Shown: positions 12,320 through 22,464 of the stretch, in pieces | How the letters are laid out: every line of letters starts with the position of its first letter | Numbering within the stretch: position 1 is the first letter of the stretch | Origin: Mobula hypostoma | Lineage: Eukaryota | DNA length: 64,000 nucleotides | NCBI RefSeq assembly: GCF_963921235.1 | Contig: NC_086097.1 | Location: 244,654,001-244,718,000, forward strand | Direction of reading: 5' to 3' | The notes under the pieces: model-generated | The model's input: only the letters and a program-made list of their open reading frames with translations | What the model was told of the DNA's origin: nothing | Database searches by the model: none | Position numbers and translations under genes: made by a program

Positions 12320-13175
12320 ATAGAGTCATTGAGTGCTACAGCATGGAAAATGACCTGTCGGCCTACCCAGTTTGCACCAATTTTTCTGCCTTTTGTATGT
12401 CTGGAACTGGACCAAAGTCCTCCATATCCCCCTAATCCAGACTTCTCTTAAATATTGCAGTTGAACTCACATGCATCACTTCTGTTGGTAGCTCGATCCA
12501 CACTTGCACCAACCTCTGAGTGAAGAAATTCCTCCTCGTGTTCCTCTTAAATATTTCACCTGTCACCCTAAACTTGTACCCTTTCATTCTAGTCGCACCC
12601 AACCTCAGTGGAAAAAGCCTGCTTGTATTTACCATATCTATACTCGTGATAATTCTGTGCACCTTTATTCCCTTCATTCTGCAGGGAATTCAGCCTTTTC
12701 AGCCTTTCCTCTTTACTCAGGTCCTCAAGTACCAGCAGCATCCTTGTAAATTTTTTCTGTACTCTTTCAATCTTATTGAAATCTCTGCTGTATGTAGGTG
12801 ACCAGAACTGCATAAAATACTCCAAATTAGGCCTCACCAACATCTTGTACAACTTCAACATAACATCCCAACTCTTGTATTAGATACTTTGATTTATGAA
12901 GGCCAATGTGCCAAAAGCTTATTTTATGACTTTATCTGTGATGCCACTTTCAAGGAATTATGAATCTGTATTCCCAGATCACTTTGTTCTACCACACTCT
13001 TCAGTGCCCTGGTGTTCACTGTAAGTCCTACCGTAGTTTGTTCTTCTAAAGTGCAACATCTCTCACTTGTCTGCATTAAATTTCACCTGCCATTTCTCAG
13101 TTCATTTTTCCAGCAGGTTCAGATCACTTTGCTAGTATTGAGAGCCTTTCTTGCTGTTTACTACATCCCCAATCA
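12320..13175 (-). mobile_element. CR1 LINE 3' fragment
   Basis: Translates to LYKMLVRPNLEY..FWSP and FFTQRLVQVWIELP. Confidence 0.85.
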
Positions 13176-13634
13176 AGAGCACTCTCAATAAAACATAAGA
13201 TCTTAAGGTTCATTGATGGAAAGATAACTGTTTTCTAGCAGCACTCACTCACCAATAATCAATTTACATTTGCTAAAGCCATCAGAACTTTGATCCAAAA
13301 ATTGACAGTGACTGCCCTTGATTTCAAGGCAGCTCTTGAGTGGTGTCAAGTAACAATAGTAAAACCCAATTCACTTGGCCTTCAGGGAAAATGTACTGCA
13401 ATACTTGGAGTTTTATCTTGCACAAGAGAATATGTTTGTGGGAAGTTAATAAAACCAGCCTGAGAACATCATGACAAAAATTCCTCTAAGGAATGCCCTA
13501 GGCCCAACCTGTACTGGCTTCTTCATCACTGACGTCCCTTGCATTGTAAAATCATATGGGAATACTTGCTCAAACTGGCTAATTAATGTTTGGTTGCACT
13601 GGCAAATCCACAACAAATGAAGCAGTCTGTAATG

Positions 13635-13765
13635 TTAGTCCTGACGAAGGGTCTCGGCCTGAAACGTCGACTGCGCCTCTTCCTATAGATGCTGCTTGGC
13701 CTGCTGCGTTCACCAGCAACTTTGATGTATGTTGCTTGAATTTCCAGCATCTGCAGAATTCCTGT
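13635..13765 (+). mobile_element. Short young Penelope-derived insertion containing a hammerhead
   Basis: TSD tgtaatg at 13628-13634 / 13766-13772. CpGs are retained. Confidence 0.8.
13637..13672 (+). ncRNA. Minimal type I hammerhead ribozyme motif (PLE type)
   Basis: AGTC-CTGACGA-AGG(gtctcgg)CCT-GAAAC-GTC^GACT: stem I AGTC/GACT, intact core, 3-bp stem II and a vestigial palindromic stem III. Confidence 0.75.
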
Positions 13766-14564
13766 TGTAATGGCAAGTAATGGCTTGGGCTGCTTTTGTA
13801 GTATTTGCACCTTAAAAGTGCAAGGAATTGATTATACGTAAGAGTCTAGTCAGCTGCTTTTGCCATTCCAAATGCTGAATCCTCCATGATGAGGGAAAAC
13901 CCAAGGTTTTTGGTAAGAGGAATCTAAAAGAGGAATATTATCTAAACGGAGAAAGATTACAGATACATGAACTACAGAAAGACATAAATGTACTTGTGTA
14001 AAAGTTAGAGATGCAGCTAGTGCTTAGGAAGGCAAATGGCATTTTGCCCTTTGTTGCGAGAGGGCTGGAGTTCAGTAAAATTAGTATTATTGGAATTGTA
14101 TAGGGTAGTGTTGAGGCTACACTGTCACAGCAGTAAACCAAAGGTAAAGATGGTACTAGCAAGATGCAGTGGTGCTTTACGGGCAGTAAGCAAAACTACT
14201 AACTATTCTATTAATTACACTTTTTCCGGACTGCAATCACATCCTGTAATTTCCCCATTCGGAGTTGTACTTTTGACCCGTCTGTATGACCTGCCATTTT
14301 TGCAATATCCTGAAGGATTCGCCAAACTGGACTCTTGAAATGTCAGGTATTGCTGGAGCGAACCTGGGGCCAGATCCAAGCAGCAGGGCCCAGGGCCAAA
14401 AGTGAAAAACAAACCAAAGTGGGCTTGGGCAGGATCAAAGTGACAGGGCCTAGGCAAAAAACGACCCGATGTTTGGCTGATTTAGGTGCTGAGCCTGATT
14501 TTAAAAAGATGAATTGAAGGCTTCAAGGCCAGTCTTCAGCTCACTACTCTGCAAGGTTTACTCG

Positions 14565-14800
14565 CCTCCGTGCTGAACTGGCTTCATGGCTGTGGCCTGC
14601 AACCATCAGGCCTCTGGGCCAGCTTAATTTTCCTCAGCACAGAACTGACTCTGTTGCTGTGGCCTGTAGCTATTGGGCTCCTGGACCAGCTTCACTTGTC
14701 TCAGCACTGAACAGGCTCCATGGCTGTGGCTTATAATTATCGGGCTCCTGGACCAGCTTCATTCGCCTCAGCACCGAAATGGCTCTGTGGCTGTGGACTC
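14565..14800 (+). repeat. 67-bp tandem repeat (~3.5 copies) within a non-autonomous element (~14335-15020)
   Basis: CAGCAC recurs at 14635, 14702 and 14769; ggctgtggc...gggctcctggaccagctt is repeated. Confidence 0.8.
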
Positions 14801-15366
14801 ACTTTTGGGGACTCTGCAGTTTTTCTCTGTGATATTTGTTTACTTTTTATTGTTTGCGTGATTTTTTTTTGGTTGCACATTGGATGTTTGGCCAACTTTG
14901 TAGTTTCTTTTAGTGGGTTCTATTTTAGTTCTTTGTTTTGTGGCTGCCTATCAGCAGATGAATCTCAAGGTTGTATATATTATTCATACTTTGACGATAA
15001 ATGTACTTTAAACTTGAACATTGTCTCTGACTTTTGAAAGGACAATTGCTGAAGTGAACTTGATAAAGCGGCTCCTCGTATTGATGTCAGCCTATCAAAG
15101 AAATTCTGCCCAATGTGGAACTGATGCAATCTGGCCTGTCTTTCCTGACACTGAGTGGGTGAACTGAAAACGGGCATCACATTTATAAAGCCTATTGACA
15201 GCTTGTTTTCATAATGATCATGATGCCCTCATGATGAAGATCTATTATTACATAAAATTGTTCTTGCAAGTCTGTTTTTTGAGCCAAATCCTGCTTGAAT
15301 TGTGTTACATATAGCCAGCTTCAGAATTTGAAGTCCATCTCTCCCAAGATATTGAACTCTTCATAT

Positions 15367-15890
15367 GGGGTGTCCAGGGAGGGGTAGCACAGCTGGTGAA
15401 GGAGCTTGGCATGTCCTTTCGAGAGCAGCTCATCACCTTTGGTCCCCTGTGGACACTCAACTCTCATATATGGCTCCAAGTAGCTATTTGCATGTGATGG
15501 CAGTCATGCCCCAGTGCAACGCTTCGACAGGCATGATAAACCAGGTGAGGATAGCTGGCAGCCTTGGACTCCGGTAAAATAGGGACATGCCTGTCCGAGC
15601 ATACAAAGTCAGCTCTGGAGAACTGGGTGGATGAGATCTATGGTGAGATCTAATGGCTAGAAAGGTGATACTACAATCCTCTGGGGAGCGAAGGGCATGA
15701 CAAGCCACAGAAGGCATCAGGGTTATCCACTGTAACCAAGGAAGACCCCAGTTTGTGACACTTGCTTGTACCTGGACTTCTGGGGTCAAGAGAGTGGAAC
15801 TGCCACAGTGCAATGGCTTTTCCACTTTTAGAAACTCTCCTGCTCAGGGTTCCTATCATTGCTGGACACGATGGACAACCACCACCACTC
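15367..15890 (+). mobile_element. Non-autonomous RTE-type element with decayed HDV-like 5' domain
   Basis: RTE-like tail ggacacgatggacaaccaccaccac, comparable to the (CAC)n tail of the RTE at 22621. Starts GGGGTGT and has HDV-order pairings. Confidence 0.6.
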
Positions 15891-17188
15891 GGGGATTCCG
15901 ACTAGCAACAATTCTATATTTGAGCATGACTTTAAGCATGAAAAGACTACACCCAGCAGTGGGTGCTCTAGAAAAACACAATCAAGATAAATGTCGCTGC
16001 ATACCACCACGTGGCTAGTGGTAAACTGGGTAGTTTGAGGACAAGGCCAGAGCCATGCTGATCCAAAATCCCTCGTTCACAACTTCTGCATGGAGGAGCT
16101 AAAGACAAGATACTCAAGACCCTAAGACTGTTTTGTACTAATGCTACACCATGGTGTAGTGCGAATGTGAAGATGGTTGACTGTCAGCTCAACACTTCCG
16201 TGTAAAAAGACTTAAGCATATTGAAATTGGCCTGAAATGAATGGTAGCTGGGTTGTGTGGGGCATTGCACCATGTCAGGACCTGCAGAGACTCGTAAGTG
16301 ATGTTTCATGTTCAGTTGTGAATCTGGATTTTAAAGTCCATCATCCCACCCACACCCCACCCACAATTAAGACTAACTTTTTGTTAGTAACATGGGAGTA
16401 ACATCTAGTCATGAACGCATCGTCATTTTTCAGTAATTCCTAAATAGAAGGGAGGGTTGAACAGGTATGTTTGCACAATAAAACTCAAAACATGAAAATG
16501 ATGTCGGCTTCAGAATTGCTGTGAAGTACTTGGGCAGCTATCAGCAGGTACCAGATGACCTGTGGAGAAGTAGCTACTTGTTCTGCTGGAAAATCACATA
16601 CCAGAATCTGATTTATTATCACTGGCGTGCCATGAAATTTGTTGTTTTGCAGCAATAGAATGCAATACTGTACCTAATTAAAAATCACTAAGAAATATTT
16701 TAAAAAGGGCAAAAAGAGAGCAAAATTGTGAGGTGGTGTTCATGGATCATTCAGAAATCTGATGGAGAGGAAGAAGCTGTTCTTAAAATATTGACTGTGC
16801 GTCTTCAGGTTCCTGTACCTCCTCTCTGATAGTAGTCATGAAGAGAAACTGTACCTTGGATGGTGAGGAGATCCTGAATGATGATGTCCTGGATGGTTGG
16901 GAGGGTTGTGTCTGTGATGAAGCTGGCTGAATTACAACTGTGGACATGAAAACCAGACAGTATTTAACCTTGTAAACAGATGCCCAAAACATCTGCCACA
17001 CCCAAAGCCATCACTTGTTCAGTTTCTAAGTTAGAACGTAATTACTTTGTGATGTAATCCTTATGCAATCCAACTAGCTACGTAGCTTTAAAATTCAACT
17101 TTTGGCTAATGAGCATTGAAGTAAGCAAGGATATTGTGTGAGTAATATCAGCCAAGATTGTTTACTTTTGCATGCTTTATTTTTCCAG

Positions 17189-17292
17189 TGCTACCAGCAC
17201 TCGTAGATCGTTTAGGTGACACCAAAGATCAAGTCAGAGAACAAACGCAGAGCCTTCTTCTCCGTATAATGGACCATGCTGCATCACCCCAG
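17189..17292 (+). CDS. CLASP2: CLASP-family exon, (L)LPALVDRLGDTKDQVREQTQSLLLRIMDHAASPQ
   Basis: Acceptor ttttccAG and donor GTatgt; 104 nt. Carries the DRLGDxKDxVRE HEAT/TOG motif and is in frame with both flanking exons. Confidence 0.95.
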
Positions 17293-17366
17293 GTATGTTG
17301 CTAATTGACTGGGCTTTGCCGTCTATGATTAAACTATCAATAAACATCAGAAAAGTAATATTTGTA

Positions 17367-17850
17367 CAGGTTGAGCTCCCCTTGTCCAAAAATCCAAAAT
17401 CTGCAACCTCTGAAATCTGAAAATTTTTTGAATGTTGACTTAACAGCACAAATAGAAAATTCCACAAGGCACTGGGAAGGTTCCCAGGTGAAGCGCAGGT
17501 CTCTGCACACCACAGACAGTTCTGAGAAGTGACCTCACATATACAGAGTGGGACTCTGTTGGCGCCAGTTTGCTTTCAGCCGTTATTGTAGCCAGACCTT
17601 TGTGCATTACTCACAGTGATTACCTATAGACATTATATAAATTGTAGTCATTTTTACTGTTGTGTGTGATGAATAGGTGTAAGACAAAGACTACTTACTG
17701 GTAGCACATAAATTCAGAGTTGCGAATGATGGCAATGCCAAAATGCTAATGATCGTCCACTTGGGCAGCTACTGTGGTGATAGTTTACCTTTCTGATGGT
17801 TCAATGTACATATTGTTTCATGTACAAAATTATTAAAAATATATAAAGCT
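17367..17850 (+). mobile_element. Tigger/pogo-type non-autonomous DNA transposon fragment (Tigger4/Zombi-like)
   Basis: TA|CAGGTTGAG terminus with AAATCCAAAATC subterminal repeats. The right TIR was not found. Family assigned from memory. Confidence 0.6.
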
Positions 17851-17889
17851 ATTGTCCTTTTGTTTTGTTGTTAAAAGTCATATAGCACA

Positions 17890-20800
17890 GGACTTTCCGT
17901 CTGACCTTTCCCTCTCTGCGGCAGAACGTTCTGTCCTCAGTAAGGGCCTCACCTTTGTCCCCCTGTGCTCACACCTCAGTGAGCTCCACGCCTGCCATGC
18001 GATGAACTCTTCCTCTGCCCTTGAGCCTTTTTTTTTTGGCAAGGACTCTTCACCCTTCACTGGTGACCCCCTTCTCCCATCTTCAGCCATCCTCCTCTTC
18101 TTGAACACGCCACCCTGGTCTTCTGCCTGCTATGTACCTTTCCATTGCCAACTGCTGACGGGGTATTAACCGTCTTGACTTTAACACTCCTCTCTCCTAT
18201 TCCAACTTCACTCCTTCCGAATGCTCGGCTCAACGCTCCCTCCGGACCAATCCTAACCTCACCATCAATAAAGCAGATAAAGGAGGTGCAGTAGTAGTGT
18301 GGCGTACTGACCTCAACCTTGCCGAGGCCCAGCGCCGACTCTCAGACACTACCCCTTACTTACCCCTTGAACAGGACCATACTAAGAAACACCAGGCCAT
18401 TGTCTCCCACACCATCACCAACCTTACTGACACTGGGGAGCTTCCATGCACAGCCACCGACCTCATCGTTCCTGCACCCCACACCTCCCATTTCTGCCTC
18501 CTACCCAAGATCCACAAACACGCTTGTCCAGGTAGACCCATTGTTTCAGCTTGTTCCTGCCCCATTGAACTTGGAGTCGAGGTATGCCGATATGTTTTAT
18601 CCCCCCCAAGTTCAGTCCCTTCCTAGCTACATACATGACACCTCACAGCCTCTTGATCTTTTCAAGGATTTCAAGTTACCTGGCCCCCATATCATTTACA
18701 CTATGGATGTCCAGTCCCTATATACCTCCATCCCCCACCATGAAGGCCTCAAAGCTCTCCTGTTTATTTTTCTGAACACCACCACCACCACTCTCCTCTG
18801 TCTAATGGAACTTGTCCTCACTTTCAGTAATTTCTTCTTTGGATCCTCCCACTTCCTTCAAACAAAAGGGTTAACTATTGGGCACTTGCATGGTCCCAGC
18901 TGTGCCTGCCTGCTTGTCGGCTATGTGGAACAATCCCACGTTCCAAGCCTACGCTGGTGACTAGCCCACACTTTACCGACACTATATCGACGGCTGCATT
19001 GGTGCTGCTTCCTGCACCAGTGCTGAACTCGTCGACTTCATCCACTTTGTCTCCAACTTCCTCCCTGCCCTCAAATTCACCTGGTCCATTTCCAAAACCC
19101 TTCCCTTTCTTGATCTCACTGTCTCTATCTCTGGAGACAGTTTATCTACTGATGTCTATTACAAACTCTCACAGCTACCTAGACTACACCTTGTCCCACC
19201 CTGCTACTTGTAAAAACACCATCCCTTTTTTCTCATTCCTCTGTCTCTGCCGCATCTGCTCTCAGGATGAGGCTTTTCATTATAGAATGAAGGAAATGTC
19301 CTTTTTCAAAGATAGGGCTTCCCTTCCTCCACCATCACTGCTGCCCTCAACCACATGTCTTCCATTTCACGCACATTTGCTTTTACCCCATTCTCCTGCC
19401 ACCCTACCAGGGATAGGGTTCCTCTTGTCCTCACCTACCACCCCACGAGCCTCTGCGTCCAGCACATAATTCTCCGAAACTTCTGCCACCTCCCAACGGG
19501 GATCCCACCTGTAGCGTTCCCGTGCAGTGTGTTGAAACTCTGACTAAACACCAAGTTAAACCGGAGCCAATGAAGCCAGAGTCATAGTAAGGTTAACCAT
19601 TTACTGTTCACTCTTCCACATTAACATCGTATGGTGAAAACTGTTGATTAAAAAAAAACACAAACATATACAGCGTCTGTTTCATTCTGGAGACCATGTG
19701 CGCACTCTTTTAGTGAGTGTCTCCAGCCGCCCCGAGTAGCGAGTGAGGGGGGGGTCCCGTCGAACCGCCACCAGGCTCGAGCCCACCCCCTGTTTGAAAT
19801 TGAAAAGCCGGCACGTGCACCGCCCCAACCGCCACTTCCTTAACAGAAACTGCGTTAATATTTTTACTTCAAATACTTTCATAGGAACTTAGGGCGTTGC
19901 TTCTATAATGTTCCTTTGTAGGTAGAAACGGAGCTCTTCACGATCATGCCGCATGCATGGCACCCACCTTCACACCTTCTCCGAACCGGAGGTTACACAT
20001 AAGATGCGTCGAAACCGGAGGTTACGTCATCACGTGCCGCGATATACCATAGACAATGAATTTACCTTTGTTATACTGTAACTTAATTATCAAACTTTAA
20101 CTTTAACTAGAAAATAGTTACAAACAAATCATTTAAAACGTAGACCCAACAAAGTCAAATAAATGCCTTAAGGGCAACACGCCACCACTAAGCATACTGT
20201 AACCTTCCCCCAACCTTCAACTTTCCGCAGGGATCACTCCCTGTGTGACTCCCTTGTCCATTCGTCCCTCCCTATTGATTTCCCTCCTGGCACTTAACCT
20301 TGCAAGTGGAACAAGTGCTGCACCTGCCCCTACATCTCCTCCTTCACTACCATTCAGGGTCCTAAACAGTCTTTCCAGGTGAGGTGACACTTCACCTGTG
20401 AGTCTGTTGGGGTCATGTACTGAGTTCGGTGCTCTTGGTGTGGCCTCCTGAATATTGGTGAGACCGGACTTAGATTGGGAGACTGCTTTGCCACGTATCT
20501 ACGCACCATCTGTCAGGACATTCGGGATCTCCCAGTGCCCACCCATTTTAATTCCACTTCCCATTCCCGTTCCTAAGAGGTCACACTTAGGTTGGAGGAA
20601 CAACACCCTGTATTTTGTTTGGGTAGTCTCCAACCTTGTGGCATGAACATCAATTTCTCAAACTTCTGGTAATGCCCTCCACCCCACTTCCCCCTTACCA
20701 TTTCCCATCCCCTTCCTCCACCTCACCTTTTCTCTTTGCCTGCCCATTGCCTCACTCTGGTGCTTCTCCCTCCTTTTTCTTTCTTCCATGTCCTTCTGTC

Positions 20801-21019
20801 TTGTTCAACAATCAACTTTCCAGCTCTTTACTTCCTCCCCCTCCAGGTTTCACCTATCACCTGGTGTTTCTCTCTCCCTTCCCCGCACCTTTTAAATCTA
20901 CTCCTTAGCCTTTTCTCTCTAATCCTGTCAAAGGGTTTTGGCCCGAAATGTCAACTGTATTTTTTTTTTCCTTATGCTGCCTGGCCTGCTGAGTTCCTCC
21001 AGCATTTTGTGTGTGTGTG
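17890..21019 (+). mobile_element. Penelope-like retroelement (RT + GIY-YIG), decayed
   Basis: KADKGGAVVVW, LPKIHK..GRPIVS, MDVQSLYTSIPH, GPSCACLLVG and YID motifs. GIY-YIG-like region at about 20370-20480 (HFTCESVGVMY..C..CGLLNIGET). pLTR with hammerhead remnant at about 20922-20957. Possible TSD tagcaca at 17883-17889 / 21020-21026. Confidence 0.88.
19510..20181. mobile_element. Solo-LTR-like insertion inside the PLE
   Basis: Begins TGT and ends near ..CAACA. Flanked by ccacc/ccacc, interrupts the PLE sequence gatcccacc|actaagc, and is CpG-rich. Confidence 0.6.
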
Positions 21020-22464
21020 TAGCACATAAAAAGGCTCTTTGATGCAGCCTGGCCATGCTTTTTATATAAGTTAAATAATAAGTTTATATAAATCAGTCCC
21101 AGTTACCGGATATGGTCTGTAGCCCTCTTTGCCTTGATGATTTAAGTGCTCATGTACTGTAAATACTACTTAAATATTTTGAGTGTAGCTGTCTTCACCT
21201 ACTCCAGCGGTGAATTTCAGATTCTGAACACATCATGGTGGGAGAGGGAATTACTTTCTCTGGTCCACCTACACCTTATCCTGAAGCCATGTCCTCTAAT
21301 TTTAAAATACCTCTACTATGTGGAATGGTTTTCCACCGTCTACCTATCCTCATAATCTTTCTGCCTCCCTATTAAATCACTCCCCTGCGCTCCAAGGAAA
21401 ACAAGTCCCAGACGAAAACAGACAAAATGCTGTAGAATTGGCAAGGTTGCCGTCTTTTGCACCGCGTGGTGCAGAGAGGAACAACAGCCCTTAACGTTAA
21501 TCGAAAGAACCATGGACCCCAGGTTGGGAATCCCTGATCTGGCATTTTGTGTGTTCCTGAAGATTTCCAGCATCGTTCATCCCACTCAATTTCTTTCTGT
21601 GTTATGTTCCTGCACTGCCTCCTTCAGGCATCTTTGTATTTGTATACAGAAATCCTACTTGTTCCTGATACTCTTCAAGGCCTGCCAGTCATTATGTAGG
21701 TCTACCCTTAATGGACCTCCCAAAGTGCATCACCTTGGATTTAACTGGATTAAATTTCAAAACTTATTGCTCTGCCTATCTTGCCAATTAACCTCACTCT
21801 CAACAGCACACCTATTTTTATATCACCTGTAAACCTTTCACACTTAATATCCAAATCGTCAATGTGTGTAACAAGCAGCAAGGGTAGTAACGTGATGTCC
21901 CTCTGGTACATCATTGGTCACAGGCTTCCAATCACAAAATTAGTCTTCCATCAACCCCTCTGTACCTTGGGTCTCGTGGCCACCCTGTCAGATTTATTAC
22001 TGAAAATAAAGATCATGGGATTTATAGTGGATTGCAGGTTTAGATTCTGATCTGGCTTGCTGATCCTCCAGCATTTGTGTGTGTTGCTCTGGTATAAATT
22101 GATACTAAGATTGGTATAACATCATGGCCAGAATAGCATGTCCAATGCTGTGCGGTTGCATATTCTAGGCCCTGGAAATGACTTAATGCTATTCAAGAAA
22201 CTCAGCACCACTCCCTCCTTGATCTCAAAATGCCTTATCATATTAGCATAGCCCATATTGCTCTTACTACCTCCATGTCCTTCTCTTGGTGAATAGGACT
22301 CAAAGTACTTGATTAATACCTCACCCATATCCTTTAACTTCAAGCATAATACAGTATCCCTTGTTATACTCTTGTTTTTAAAGCGTATATCAAATCCTAA
22401 GGATTTTCTTTGATCCTGCTTGCTAAGGACTTTTCAAGAAGCCTAAACCTTTGCTTGAGTTTTT

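Noticed and set aside
14565..14800. CRISPR-like array
   Set aside because: These are tandem units without unique spacers, in a eukaryotic context with no cas genes.
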